Source: Candidatus Promineifilum breve
Lineage (GTDB): Bacteria; Chloroflexota; Anaerolineae; Promineifilales; Promineifilaceae
Reading direction: 5' to 3'
NCBI RefSeq assembly: GCF_900066015.1
Contig: NZ_LN890655.1
Coordinates: 1,062,726-1,094,725, forward strand
Length of the DNA: 32,000 nucleotides
Shown: in pieces, positions 15,531 to 26,118 of the stretch
Layout of the letters: the number at the start of each line of letters is the position of its first letter
How positions within the stretch are numbered: the stretch's first letter is position 1
Notes under the pieces: generated by a model
The model's input: only the letters and a program-made list of their open reading frames with translations
What the model was told of the DNA's origin: nothing
The model's database searches: none
Translations under genes and position numbers: made by a program

Positions 15531-18068
15531 ATGTCTCGGGGCATCAAAGCGCTGCTAATTATTTTGGGAGTCGTGGGCGTTCTGGCCCTCATCATCACCG
15601 GGGTTTGGCTGTGGTTCACCCGCCAGGCCCACCCCAAGACCGAGGGCGAGATACGCCTGGCCGGGCTGCTGGAGCCGGTGGAGATCGTGCGCGACGTGAA
15701 CGGCGTGGCCCACATCTACGCCAACAATACCGAGGACTTGTTCTTCGCCGAGGGCTACACCCACGCCCAGGAGCGCTTCTGGCAGATGGAGTTCCAGCGA
15801 CGCACGGCCGCCGGCCGCCTGTCGGAGCTCTTCGGCGAGACGACGCTGGAGACCGATCGCTACCTGCGCCACTTCGGCTTCCGCCAATCGAGCGAAGGGG
15901 CCTATGCCCTGCTCGACGCCGAGACGAAAAAGGCCATCGACGCCTATGCCCGTGGCGTCAACGCCTACATCGCCGACCGCCGCCCGGCGCAACTGGGGCT
16001 GGAGTTCGCCATCCTCGGCCTGCAGGGGACGGAGTGGGAGATCGAACCGTGGACGCCCATCGACTCGTTGAGCTGGGGCTACATGATGATTTTCGACCAG
16101 GGCGGCAGTCCGAGCGAAGATATGTCGATCGCCAACATGATCGGAGCGCTGGGCAGCGAACGGTTCAATGACCTGTTTCCCGCCTTCCGCGACAACCGGC
16201 CGACGATCATCGAGTCGTCCGAACTGGGCTACCTGGGCCAAAGCGACACCACGCCGCTGAGCCGTCTGAACGACGCCGAACTGAGCTACCTGCTTGACCT
16301 CAGTCGGGCCGTGGCCGCCGGCGCGGGCGACCTGCCGCCGCTGCTGGCCCAGACCATGACGCCCTACGGCGCGGGTTCCAACAGCTATGCCATCTCCGGC
16401 GAGCGCACGGCCACCGGCGGAGCCATCCTGGCCAACGACCCCCACATGGGCGTGATGATGCCCGCGCTGTGGTATCAGGTGGGCATGCACTGCCGCACCA
16501 AGAGCGACGCCTGCCCCTATGAATTTCGTGGCTACTCGCTGCCCGGCGTGCCCGGCATCCTCATCGGCCACAACGACCGCATCGCCTGGGGCCTGACCAA
16601 CGCCGCTTTCGACGCCGAGGATGTGTTCATCGAGCGCATCAACCCCGACAATCCCAACCAGTATGAAGTCAACGGCGAATGGGTGGACATGGAGATTCGC
16701 CGCGAGGAGATCGCCGTCCAGGGCTGGGACAAGCCGGACGTCATCTTCGTGCGCCAGACGCGCAACGGCGTGGTGGCTTCCGATTCGCTGGTCAATGCCT
16801 CGCGCTTCGGGGCCGACGACGAGGGCACGCAACCCTACGCCCTCACCTATGCCTGGACGGGGCTGGAGCCGGTGCAGACCGTCCGCGCCGTGCAACTGAT
16901 CATCCGCTCGCAGAACTGGGACGACTTCCTGGCCGCGGCCGAATTCTTCGAGGCGGGCAAGCAGAACCTGCTCTACGCCGACGTGGACGGCAACATCGGC
17001 TACGTCATGCCCGGCAAAGTGCCCGTGCGCGCCGGCGGTGACGGCACGATCCCCGTTCCCGGCTGGAACGACGAGTTCATCTGGACCGGCTTCATCCCCT
17101 ATGAGGACGCCCCGCGCGTCTTCAATCCGGCCCAGGGCTTCATCGTCACCGCCAACAACCCCCAGGTGCGGGCCGAGGATTACCCCCACTTCCTGGGCCT
17201 CAGTCAGGATCGCGGCCAGCGGGCGCAGCGGATCACCGAGCTGATCCTGGCCGATACGGACCTGATCAATCTGCAAGACGTGCAGGCCATCCAGACCGAC
17301 AATGGCAGTATCTCGGCCCTGGAAGTGATCCCCTACCTGCGCCAGTTGACCATCGACGACCCGGCCGTGGCCGCCGCCCGCGACCGGCTGGTGGGCTGGA
17401 GCGGCCAGATGCACCGCGACAGCGCCGAGGCCGCCCTCTACAACATCTTCTGGGTGCGGCTCATCAACAACACCTATAACGACGAACTGCTGCCCGACTA
17501 CTACCCCGACGGCAAGGACAACACGGCCGATTCGATGTACCACATCCTGCAAGACCCGCAAATAGGGTGGTGGGACGACGTGCGCACGGCCGACATCACC
17601 GAGACCCGCGACGACATCCTGCTCCGTAGCCTGACCGAAGCCCATGCCGAGGGCATCACCACGCTGGGCGAGGACATGGACGCCTGGAAGTGGGGCGACC
17701 TGCACACGATCACCTTCCGCAACGCCACGCTGGGCAGTTCGGGCATCGGCTTCATCGAGAACATCTTCAACCGCGGCCCCCTGCCCACCAGCGGCAGCGA
17801 ATCCGTGCCGCAGAAGACGTGCTGGAACGCCAACAACGGCTTCGCGGTGACGTGCATCCCGGCGATGCGGCAGATCATCGACCTGGGCAATCTGGACAAT
17901 TCGCTGATGATCCACAGCGTGGGCCAGAGCGGCCACCCGATGCACCCACACTACGACGACCTGATCGAAACGTGGCGCAATCTGCAATACAACCCGTCCA
18001 ACTGGTCGCGCGAGGCGGCCGAGGGCGGCGAGCACGAATTGCTGGTGCTGGAACCGTCTGGGGGATAA
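15531..18068 (+). CDS. penicillin acylase family Ntn hydrolase (penicillin/AHL-acylase-like), N-terminally membrane anchored
   Basis: Start set at ATG 15531 (MSRGIKALLIILGVVGVLALII), with GAGGAG/AAGGA upstream. The family-typical processing site is GAG|SNSYAISG (Ser nucleophile followed by Asn). LANDPHM and HSVGQSGHP are also present. Confidence 0.92.
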   Translation: MSRGIKALLIILGVVGVLALIITGVWLWFTRQAHPKTEGEIRLAGLLEPVEIVRDVNGVAHIYANNTEDLFFAEGYTHAQERFWQMEFQRRTAAGRLSELFGETTLETDRYLRHFGFRQSSEGAYALLDAETKKAIDAYARGVNAYIADRRPAQLGLEFAILGLQGTEWEIEPWTPIDSLSWGYMMIFDQGGSPSEDMSIANMIGALGSERFNDLFPAFRDNRPTIIESSELGYLGQSDTTPLSRLNDAELSYLLDLSRAVAAGAGDLPPLLAQTMTPYGAGSNSYAISGERTATGGAILANDPHMGVMMPALWYQVGMHCRTKSDACPYEFRGYSLPGVPGILIGHNDRIAWGLTNAAFDAEDVFIERINPDNPNQYEVNGEWVDMEIRREEIAVQGWDKPDVIFVRQTRNGVVASDSLVNASRFGADDEGTQPYALTYAWTGLEPVQTVRAVQLIIRSQNWDDFLAAAEFFEAGKQNLLYADVDGNIGYVMPGKVPVRAGGDGTIPVPGWNDEFIWTGFIPYEDAPRVFNPAQGFIVTANNPQVRAEDYPHFLGLSQDRGQRAQRITELILADTDLINLQDVQAIQTDNGSISALEVIPYLRQLTIDDPAVAAARDRLVGWSGQMHRDSAEAALYNIFWVRLINNTYNDELLPDYYPDGKDNTADSMYHILQDPQIGWWDDVRTADITETRDDILLRSLTEAHAEGITTLGEDMDAWKWGDLHTITFRNATLGSSGIGFIENIFNRGPLPTSGSESVPQKTCWNANNGFAVTCIPAMRQIIDLGNLDNSLMIHSVGQSGHPMHPHYDDLIETWRNLQYNPSNWSREAAEGGEHELLVLEPSGG

Positions 18069-18162
18069 GAGGAAGAATGGCTACGGATTTGCACGGATGA
18101 AACGGATTTTCTGTTCTTTATCCGTTTCATCCGTCCTCATCCGTAGCCATTCTCCCTCTTCC
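18069..18162. repeat. CGGAT-unit palindromic element B (between convergent genes)
   Basis: GAGGAAGAATGGCTACGGATTTGCACGGATGAAACGGAT-TTTCTGTTCTTT-ATCCGTTTCATCCGTCCTCATCCGTAGCCATTCTCCCTC. It shares ACGGATTTGC(G/A)CGGAT and GGATGA(C/A)ACGGAT cores with element A. Confidence 0.9.
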
Positions 18163-18555
18163 GGCCGCCAACAGACCAACGCCCAACCCGGCCAGCCCGC
18201 CCACGCCGGCCCAGAGGGGCAGTTGCCGCCACAGCCAGGCTACTTCCTGAGCCGTATATTCGGGGCCGTGGGCGTGAAGGCCGGTCTTGAGGGCCATCAG
18301 AAAAAGCATCAGCAGCCCCAACCCGCCGCCCAGAGCCGCCCCCAAACCGGCCGCCGCTGCTATCCCGCGTCCGGCCGTCACTCTCTGCCCGCCCCAGCGC
18401 TTTATGATGATGTAAATACCGCCCACGGCCAATAACCCGGCCGCCAATAGGCCGTCCTGCGTCAGGCTGCCTTCCAGCGCCATCCAGACAACGGCATAGA
18501 GGCCAACCGCGCCTATCGCGAGTTTGAGATAGGGGATGGAGTGGGGGATCTTCAT
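18127..18555 (-). CDS. small integral membrane protein, unknown function
   Basis: 142 aa with about four hydrophobic Gly/Ala/Leu-rich helices. I recognise no family. The last ~11 codons (GRGRMATDEDG*) are encoded by the right arm of palindrome B. Confidence 0.5.
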   Translation of the reverse strand: MKIPHSIPYLKLAIGAVGLYAVVWMALEGSLTQDGLLAAGLLAVGGIYIIIKRWGGQRVTAGRGIAAAAGLGAALGGGLGLLMLFLMALKTGLHAHGPEYTAQEVAWLWRQLPLWAGVGGLAGLGVGLLAAGRGRMATDEDG

Positions 18556-18580
18556 GGTGACTGGGAGGACGCCGGATCAT

Positions 18581-18649
18581 GTAGGGCGGGATGGTATCCC
18601 GCCCGCTTCAAACCTCAACAAAAGAGGGCGGGATACCATCCCACCCTAC
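18581..18649. repeat. 24-bp inverted repeat pair, each arm itself palindromic
   Basis: GTAGGGCGGGATGGTATCCCGCCC (18581-18604) and GGGCGGGATACCATCCCACCCTAC (18626-18649), 23 of 24 complementary. The one mismatch is C:A on plus and G:U on the minus (transcribed) strand. Confidence 0.9.
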
Positions 18650-18652
18650 AAG

Positions 18653-19441
18653 TTACGGCGCCGGCGTGGCCGTCGGCAACAGGTAATACCCCTTGGGGAT
18701 CTCCTGCTGGTAAGGGGCGACGGCTGGGGGCGTGTCGGGCGTAAAGATGACCTCGGTGAAGCCCAGGCCCGACAGGAAGTTCCGCATATAGGTCTGCGCG
18801 TTGTTATTGGCGCGGGTCAGGATATCGCTGCTCTGGGCCGCCTCGCGAATCGACGCCTCGGCCGCCTGGCGCACCTGGGTCTCCAGTTCCGGGTCGGCCT
18901 GGGTCAGCAGCCCCGTGTCGCGGTCGGCCACAAAGGAGCGGTCGTTGTCCAGCACGGGGATGTCGGCGAAGATCTCGGCCGGCGGCAGATGAACCATCAC
19001 CGTGTCGGGGTCAACGACGACCATGTCGGCCGCCACCATGCGGCTGAAATCCACCCCGGCATACACCTTGCCGTAGGCGATGAAGACCATCGACTCGCCC
19101 AGCAGCATGCCCAGCAGGCCATCCTGCTCGGCATCGGCGGTGACAACCTTCTCCATCTCGTAGGAAGCCGTCTCCAGCCGCGACAGGTCGTTGATCTGCT
19201 TGACCACCGTGGCCGGGTTGGGCAGGATGACCGGCGTGGCCGGCACCAGCAACGAGCGCACCCGGTCGCCGAGCGGCTCGACCACGCCCGCCGTGCCTTC
19301 GCTGACGGTATTCACCAGCCGGGCCACGGACAGCCCCATGATGACCAGGGCCACCAGGAACACCGCCAACAGCCCCAGCAAAACGGCGCGCGCCCGCGAG
19401 CGCGGCGGGGTCTCGGTCTCAACCAACTCTTCTTTCGACAT
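18653..19441 (-). CDS. DUF4230-like membrane-anchored protein
   Basis: 262 aa with an N-terminal TM. VVKQINDLSRLETASYEMEKVV...FIAYGKVYAGVDFS matches my recollection of DUF4230. Confidence 0.7.
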   Translation of the reverse strand: MSKEELVETETPPRSRARAVLLGLLAVFLVALVIMGLSVARLVNTVSEGTAGVVEPLGDRVRSLLVPATPVILPNPATVVKQINDLSRLETASYEMEKVVTADAEQDGLLGMLLGESMVFIAYGKVYAGVDFSRMVAADMVVVDPDTVMVHLPPAEIFADIPVLDNDRSFVADRDTGLLTQADPELETQVRQAAEASIREAAQSSDILTRANNNAQTYMRNFLSGLGFTEVIFTPDTPPAVAPYQQEIPKGYYLLPTATPAP

Positions 19442-19623
19442 AATCGCTAAACCTCAATAAAACGTTCGGATAAATAGAATAATGAACTATACCACTATAC
19501 ACAATCTGACTGTGCCGGGCCTTAATCCTTTACGTCGCTTATATCAAGAGCGGCTTAAACCGGCCCTTACGGCTCACCCACTCCTTATTTGCCGCCACGC
19601 GCCGATGGGGGACAATTGCGCCC

Positions 19624-19908
19624 ATGTTTGTGGCAACGTGCGTCATCACGCTGGAACTGGAGGGCGTGCGCTCATTAAAGGAAAAGCGCAGCATCGTCAA
19701 ATCCGTCATCACGCGCTTGCAGCGCGAGTTCAATCTATCGGTGGCCGAAGTCGACCGGCAGGATGCCTGGGGCACGGCCGTCATCGGTCTGGCCGCCGTG
19801 GGCAACGACAAGGCCCACCTGCACCGCCTGCTGGAAAAGTCCGTGGCCTGGGTCGAGAGCCAGCGGCCCGACGCCCCCATCGCCGATTACAGCATCGAAT
19901 TCCTCTAG
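19624..19908 (+). CDS. DUF503 (YlxP-like) protein
   Basis: 94 aa. LELEGVRSLKEKRSIVKSVITRLQREFNLSVAEVDRQDAW...IGLAAVGND is the typical DUF503 pattern. Confidence 0.85.
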   Translation: MFVATCVITLELEGVRSLKEKRSIVKSVITRLQREFNLSVAEVDRQDAWGTAVIGLAAVGNDKAHLHRLLEKSVAWVESQRPDAPIADYSIEFL

Positions 19909-19911
19909 CCC

Positions 19912-21887
19912 ATGATCGTCCGTCTGCTCATCCTCTGGCTCCTGGGATTCGCCGCCGCGCCCGCCGCGCAGGACAACCCGCTGCGCCTCAGCGCGCGGGC
20001 CGGATATGATGGTCTATACGAAGACGTATTGGCCGTGCCGGTCGTCGTCTCGGCCGCCAACGACGGCCCGCCGGTCGAGGGCGAGTTGCAAGTCGTGGCC
20101 GCAACCGGCGGCGATGAACTCATCTTCAGCGCGCCCCTCTCCCTGCCCACCGGGGCCGACAAGCGCGTGCCCCTCATCGTCTACCTGCCCGCCTTCACCG
20201 ACGAGGTCACCGTCCGGCTGGTCGTGGGCGGCGAAACGGCGGCGACGACGAGCAGCAACCAACTGCGCAACGTCGGCGAGGACACGCTCCTCTACGGCGT
20301 CATCACCCCCGACATGGGCGGCCTGGCCTTTCTGGAGACCATTCCCGGCGGGCGCGCCGACGCGGCCGTGGCCTTCCTGACGCCGGACGATCTGCCGGAA
20401 GTATCGAGCGCCTGGAACGCGCTCGACGTGCTCGTCCTCGACGACACCGATACCAGCCGTCTCACCGCCGGGCAGCGAAGCGCCCTGCGGGCCTGGGTCG
20501 AGAGCGGCGGCCAATTGGTCGTCACTGGTGGGCCGGGCGGGCCGACCACGGCCGCCGGAGTGGCCGACCTGCTGCCGGTCACCGTTGACGGTGTGACGAC
20601 CCTGCCCGACTTGCCCGCCCTCAGCGACCACGCCGGGCTGTCCTTCGATGACCCCGGCCCCTTCGTTGTCACCACCAGTCGCCCCACCGCCGAGGGCGAG
20701 ACGGTCATCGGTCAGGATGGGCTGCCGCTGCTGGCCCGGCGCTCGCTCGGCCGCGGCCGGGTCATCTTCCTGGCCCTCGACCCCAAGCTGGCCCCCTTGG
20801 CCGGCTGGGCCGGTGGCGCGGCCCTCTGGGGCGAACTGGCCGCCGGCGTGCTGCCCCTGCCGCCGTGGGCGGCCAGCATTCAGAACAGCTACTCGGCCAT
20901 GCAATCCGTCGCCTACATCCCCGGCCTGCGCCTGCCATCGACGGGGCAACTGCTCTTCTTCCTGCTCCTCTACGCGCTCATCATCGGGCCGATCAATTAC
21001 CTGATCCTGCGCCGGTTCAAGCGGCGCGAGTTGGCCTGGGTCACCATCCCCATCCTGATATTGGTCTTCAGCGCGGCCACCTTCCTGACCGGCTTCAGCA
21101 CGCGCGGCAAAGCCGTCACCCTGAACGGGATGACCGTCGCCTTCGGCTCGGTGCGGGCCGAACGGCTGCGCGCCCAGACGGTGCTGGGCCTCTATTCGCC
21201 GCGCCGCGCCGAACATGACGTGGGGCTGCCCTATGACAGCAGCGCCTTCCCGTTCCAGGAAGGTTTTGGCGCGCTATTGGGCAGTGGCAATCTGGCGGCC
21301 ATCGAACGGGCGGCCAATGTGACCCTGCGCGGCGTGCGCACCGACACCGGCCAGATGGCGGCCTTCATCGTCGAGAGCCACCCGCCCCGGCCGGCCATCG
21401 ACGCCGCGGCCACGCTGGTTGACTACGACCGCGCGGTGGAGGTCATCGTCCGCAACGGGACGGCCGAGACGCTGGAAGACGCGGTGATCCTCTACGGCAC
21501 GGCCCAAACCGGCGTGGGCGATCTGGCTCCCGGTGCGCAGACGGCCGTCCGCCTCGAGCTGTCGGCCATGCTGCCTCAACCCACGCCGGATCCGCTGTTT
21601 CCATCAGCCATCATCATCCCCGACCCGTTGCTCAACGATCCCAGCCTCATTCTGGGCACAGTGGACTATTTTAGCGACCCGCAAGCCTACCCGCGCTGGC
21701 AACTCATCCAGGCGCGCATCGGCGGCGATACACCTAACCCGGCGGCTCTGCCCGATCCGGGCGAGGTGGTGACGCTCGGCGGCTGGCTGGCCGGTAGTCC
21801 ATTGGAGGTGACGGCCGGCGCGCCGGCCGAACGGCTCGGCGCGACCCTGCTCCTGTTGGAAATCCCCGTGCAGGAGGGTTCGGGCCA

Positions 21888-21891
<4 letters not shown>
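19912..21891 (+). CDS. secreted/membrane protein with GldG-like (GATase1-fold) accessory domain
   Basis: 659 aa with a signal-like N-terminus. LDVLVLDDTDTSRLTAGQRSALRAWVESGGQLVVTGGPG resembles the ABC-accessory (GldG/DUF4350-type) fold. Central TM helices (LLFFLLLYALIIGPINYLILRRF..., WVTIPILILVFSAATFL). Starts 3 nt after the DUF503 stop. Confidence 0.55.
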
Positions 21892-22847
<956 letters not shown>

Positions 22848-22893
22848 AAAGCCCCTTCGCCGCCCATGTGACCAGCTATAATCCAACCCAGCC

Positions 22894-23829
22894 ATGACCA
22901 CGACGACGACAACCACCACCAGCCGCAACAAATGGCGCCACCTGCTGCGCAATCCGGTGACGATCAAGGAATTGCGTAGCCGGATGCGCGGCCGGCGCGC
23001 CTTTGTCGTCCTGACCCTCTATCTGCTGTTACTCAGCGGCGTCGTCAGCTTCGTTTATCTGACGGTCGTGGCCGGCTCGTCGGTGCCCGGCGGAACGAAC
23101 GCGGCCTACACCGTGGGCAAGGCGGTCTTTGGCGCAGTTATCGGCGTGCAGGTGGTCTTGGTCACCTTCATCGGCCCGGCCTTCACCGCCGGGGCCATCA
23201 GCGGCGAGCGCGAGCGGCAAACGTTCGACCTCTTGCGCACGACGTTGCTCTCGGCCCACTCGTTTGTCCTGGGCAAACTCGTCTCGGCGCTCAGCTACAT
23301 TTTCCTGCTGGTGCTGGTCTCCATTCCCATCCAGAGTATCGCCTTTCTGCTGGGCGGGCTTTCGCCGGTGGAATTGGTGTTGTCCCAGTTAGTCATCCTG
23401 GTGGCGGCCGTCACCTACGCCCTCTACGGTCTGTGGTGTTCGGCGGCCATGCGCTCGACCCTGTCGGCGACCGTGGCGACCTTCGGCGGGATGCTGGTGC
23501 TGGTCTTCGTCGTGCCGTTACTGGCCCTCTTCTTCGCCGTCGGGGTGAGCTTTCCCCTGGGTACGTCGGCCGCGCCCAGCCCTCTGCTACAGATGGCCCT
23601 GATCGAGGGCGCGCTGGCGTTGATAGCCACGAACTTACCGGCGACGCTGATCGCCAGCGAGATCATCCTGCTGCAAGAGGACGCGCTGCTGGCTTACACC
23701 CAGCTTGTGGGCACCCGAACGCTTCTCGTCATTTCGCCGTGGTGGCTGTTCATAATCCTCCACCTCATCGCCGCCGCCCTGCTCTATCGGGCCACGGTGC
23801 TGCGCGTGCGCCGGGTGAGCGACGTATGA
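22894..23829 (+). CDS. ABC-2 type transporter permease (NosY/GldF-like)
   Basis: 311 aa. NPVTIKELRSRMRGRRAFVV is followed by about six hydrophobic helices. The N-terminus carries an eight-Thr run. Confidence 0.85.
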   Translation: MTTTTTTTTSRNKWRHLLRNPVTIKELRSRMRGRRAFVVLTLYLLLLSGVVSFVYLTVVAGSSVPGGTNAAYTVGKAVFGAVIGVQVVLVTFIGPAFTAGAISGERERQTFDLLRTTLLSAHSFVLGKLVSALSYIFLLVLVSIPIQSIAFLLGGLSPVELVLSQLVILVAAVTYALYGLWCSAAMRSTLSATVATFGGMLVLVFVVPLLALFFAVGVSFPLGTSAAPSPLLQMALIEGALALIATNLPATLIASEIILLQEDALLAYTQLVGTRTLLVISPWWLFIILHLIAAALLYRATVLRVRRVSDV

Positions 23830-25427
23830 CCGGCGGCTATGACGATCTGTTGGCCTATTTGCGCCGTTGGGACGGCCGCCGCCGGCGCGCTGAACTCCTC
23901 GCCGCCCTGCCGCGCGGTCTGGCCGTGGGGCTGGCGCTGGGTCTGGCCGTGGCCCTGCTCAGTCGCGCCCGCCCCTGGCTCACGCGGGGCGAGACGATGC
24001 AGGTCACCGCGCTGCTGCTGCTCGTCGCCACAGCAACGGCGGCGCTGCTCGTGCTGCTGCGGCGGCGCACGCCGGCCGAGCAGGCCCGCTTCGCCGACCG
24101 CCAATTCGGGCTACGCGAGCGCATGGTCGCCGCCGTCGAAATCCACGCCGGGACATTGGACGCCGACGCTGCCGTGGCCGCCCGCCAACTGCAAGACGCG
24201 CTGAACGCCGCGGCCGGCGTCAACGCCGAGCGCCAATTGCCCCTCAGCAGCCGGTGGCGCGATTGGCTGCCGGGCGCGGCGGCGCTGGCGCTGCTGGCCG
24301 TGGCCCTGTGGCTGCCCAATCCGCAGGAGGCCATCCTGCGCCAGCAGCGGGCCGTGGCCGCCGAAGTGGCCCAGCAGGCGGCTAATCTGGAAGCCCTGGC
24401 CGAAGAGATCGCCGCCGACGAAACGCTGACGCCCGAACAGCAAGCCGCGTTGCAACAACCACTCGACGCGGCGCTGGCGGCGCTGGCCGAGCCGGACATC
24501 AGCCGCGAGTCGGCCGTGGCCGCCCTCTCCGCGGCCGAGACGGAATTGCGCCGTCTGGACCAGCAGTTCGACGGGGCCAATCTCAGCCAGGCTCTGGCCC
24601 AGGCCGGTCTGGGTGGCGATGGCGCTTCCGGGCTGGCCCAGGCGCTGCAAGCTGGCGACGCAGCGCGGGGCGGCGCGGCGGCGGCGGAACTGGCCGGCGA
24701 ATTGGGCGGCATGGATGCCGCCACCCGTACCGATCTGGCCGCGGAGTTGGCCGCCGCGGCCGAGGCGCTGGCGGCTACGGATGAAGCGCTGGCCGAATCG
24801 CTGGCCGCGGCGGCCGACGCGCTGAACGAGGGCGACACGGCCACGGCGTCGGCGGCATTGAACGAGGCCGCCGCCGCGCTGAACGAACGCGCTGCTGTCG
24901 CGCAACAGGCCGCCACCGCCGCCGACCGGCTGGACTCGGCCCGCCAAGCCGTGGCCCAGGCGGGCGAAAGCGGCACGACGGCCGGTATGGCCCAGGGCGA
25001 GGCAAGCGGCGACCAGTCAGGCGGCGCGGGTGATGCCACTACCGGCGGGGCCGGGGGCGAGGACGACGGTGGTGGGTCGGCGGCCGGCGAGGGCGCGACC
25101 GGCGGCGAAGGGACGGCCAACGGCGGCCCGTCGCCCGGCGGCGGCCACGTGGAGAGCGTCTACGTGCCACCATCGGCCGAGTTGGGCGAGGAGGGGCAGG
25201 CTATGGAGTTGGAAGTCCAATGCCTCGGTGACCCGTCTACCTGCGGCCCGGTCGGCGGCCAATCGCCGTCGCCCCTGCCGTCGGCAGCGGGCGCGGGCGG
25301 TCAGGTTCCCTACGATCAGGTCTTGGGCGATTACCGTGCCGCCGCCTTTGAATCGCTGGCCGCCGGGGACATCCCCCTCCGCCTCCAGGGCATCATCCGC
25401 GACTACTTCGCCGCGCTGGAACCGTAG
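23826..25427 (+). CDS. membrane protein with long Ala-rich helical region and Gly-rich tract (DUF4175-like)
   Basis: Start set at ATG 23826 (MTGGYDDLLAYL...), with an ATGA overlap on the permease stop. Two N-terminal TM helices and ADRQFGLRERMVAAVE. The C-terminus reads VPYDQVLGDYRAAAFESLAAGDIPLRLQGIIRDYFAALEP. Confidence 0.6.
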   Translation: MTGGYDDLLAYLRRWDGRRRRAELLAALPRGLAVGLALGLAVALLSRARPWLTRGETMQVTALLLLVATATAALLVLLRRRTPAEQARFADRQFGLRERMVAAVEIHAGTLDADAAVAARQLQDALNAAAGVNAERQLPLSSRWRDWLPGAAALALLAVALWLPNPQEAILRQQRAVAAEVAQQAANLEALAEEIAADETLTPEQQAALQQPLDAALAALAEPDISRESAVAALSAAETELRRLDQQFDGANLSQALAQAGLGGDGASGLAQALQAGDAARGGAAAAELAGELGGMDAATRTDLAAELAAAAEALAATDEALAESLAAAADALNEGDTATASAALNEAAAALNERAAVAQQAATAADRLDSARQAVAQAGESGTTAGMAQGEASGDQSGGAGDATTGGAGGEDDGGGSAAGEGATGGEGTANGGPSPGGGHVESVYVPPSAELGEEGQAMELEVQCLGDPSTCGPVGGQSPSPLPSAAGAGGQVPYDQVLGDYRAAAFESLAAGDIPLRLQGIIRDYFAALEP

Positions 25428-25431
25428 GCGA

Positions 25432-26067
25432 TTACACCCCAGCCAGCACGGCGGCCAACTCCCGCCGGAAGGCGTGCTTGCCGCCATGCCCCGGATGGCG
25501 CACGCGGGCCGCGTCGATTCCCCACTTCGCCAAGGCCCCGGCCGCCTTGCCGCCCACGGCCACAACTTGCTCCACCGGGTAAAGCGCCAATAAATCAAGC
25601 AACGCTGCCCGGCCCAACGCTAATTCGGCCGCCGTTGGCGTGCGGTTGGAAGCAGGCGCGTCCGGCCGGTGGGGATGAAACGGCAGCGCGTTCCACAACA
25701 GCGGCAGTATCATCAGGTCGGTGAGCGCCGACCACAGGATCGTGGCCGTCGCCTCGCCTCTGGGGGAATCGGCCAGCGGCGGCGAGACGAAGCCGGCCGC
25801 CGCGCCGAACAAGCCAAACGGCGACGGCTCGGCCAGCAGGATCGCCGGGCTAGTGAAGGGCACGCCCGTGCGGCGACAACCGCGATGGCCGGGGGCTTCG
25901 CCGACGAGCAGGAGGGACGGCCGCCGCTCGGCCATGCGGCGCAAGTAGAGCGCCAGATTCGCCCGCCGACCGTTCGCCGCCGCGTCGTCGCCGGCGTAGG
26001 GGTTGAAGAGCGACGGCGCGGCTGGCGTGGCGCTTAGGCGATCGACGAAGGCGCGGTAGTGGGGCAT
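25432..26067 (-). CDS. uracil-DNA glycosylase superfamily protein (family 4/5-like motif A)
   Basis: 211 aa. LLLVGEAPGHRGCRRTGVPFTS resembles the GxAPGxxGxxxTGxPFT motif A. NALPFHPH and VRHPGHGG are in motif-B-like positions. Specificity unknown. Confidence 0.75.
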   Translation of the reverse strand: MPHYRAFVDRLSATPAAPSLFNPYAGDDAAANGRRANLALYLRRMAERRPSLLLVGEAPGHRGCRRTGVPFTSPAILLAEPSPFGLFGAAAGFVSPPLADSPRGEATATILWSALTDLMILPLLWNALPFHPHRPDAPASNRTPTAAELALGRAALLDLLALYPVEQVVAVGGKAAGALAKWGIDAARVRHPGHGGKHAFRRELAAVLAGV

Positions 26068-26072
26068 GGGCT

Positions 26073-26106
26073 AGGTGCGACGCACTTCGGAAAGTGCGTC
26101 GCACCT
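26073..26106 (-). other. perfect 15-bp stem / 4-nt loop hairpin between the eRF1-like and UDG-like genes
   Basis: AGGTGCGACGCACTT-CGGA-AAGTGCGTCGCACCT. On the minus strand it ends 5 nt before the UDG-like ATG. There is no U-tract and no visible SD. Confidence 0.9.
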
Positions 26107-26118
26107 GGGAGAACGATA

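Noticed and set aside
15555-18035. 826-aa ORF on the minus strand, the longest alternative ORF in the window
   Set aside because: It is exactly antisense to the acylase gene and has Arg/Ala/Gly/Val-rich low-complexity composition with no recognisable motifs. This is the typical stop-free antisense frame of high-GC coding DNA.
19482-20009. 175-aa ORF spanning the AT-rich divergent spacer and the DUF503 gene in another frame; I also looked for a structured ncRNA in 19442-19623
   Set aside because: The translation is Arg/Pro/Gly-rich and overlaps a well-supported gene. I could not find convincing conserved-looking helices or any known riboswitch core in the spacer.
22894-22923. Eight-codon Thr run (ACC/ACG/ACA) at the permease N-terminus as a possible phase-variation tract
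   Set aside because: It is an in-frame, imperfect trinucleotide run, so slippage would only change Thr number. It also explains the antisense poly-Val in the rejected 21687-22967 ORF.
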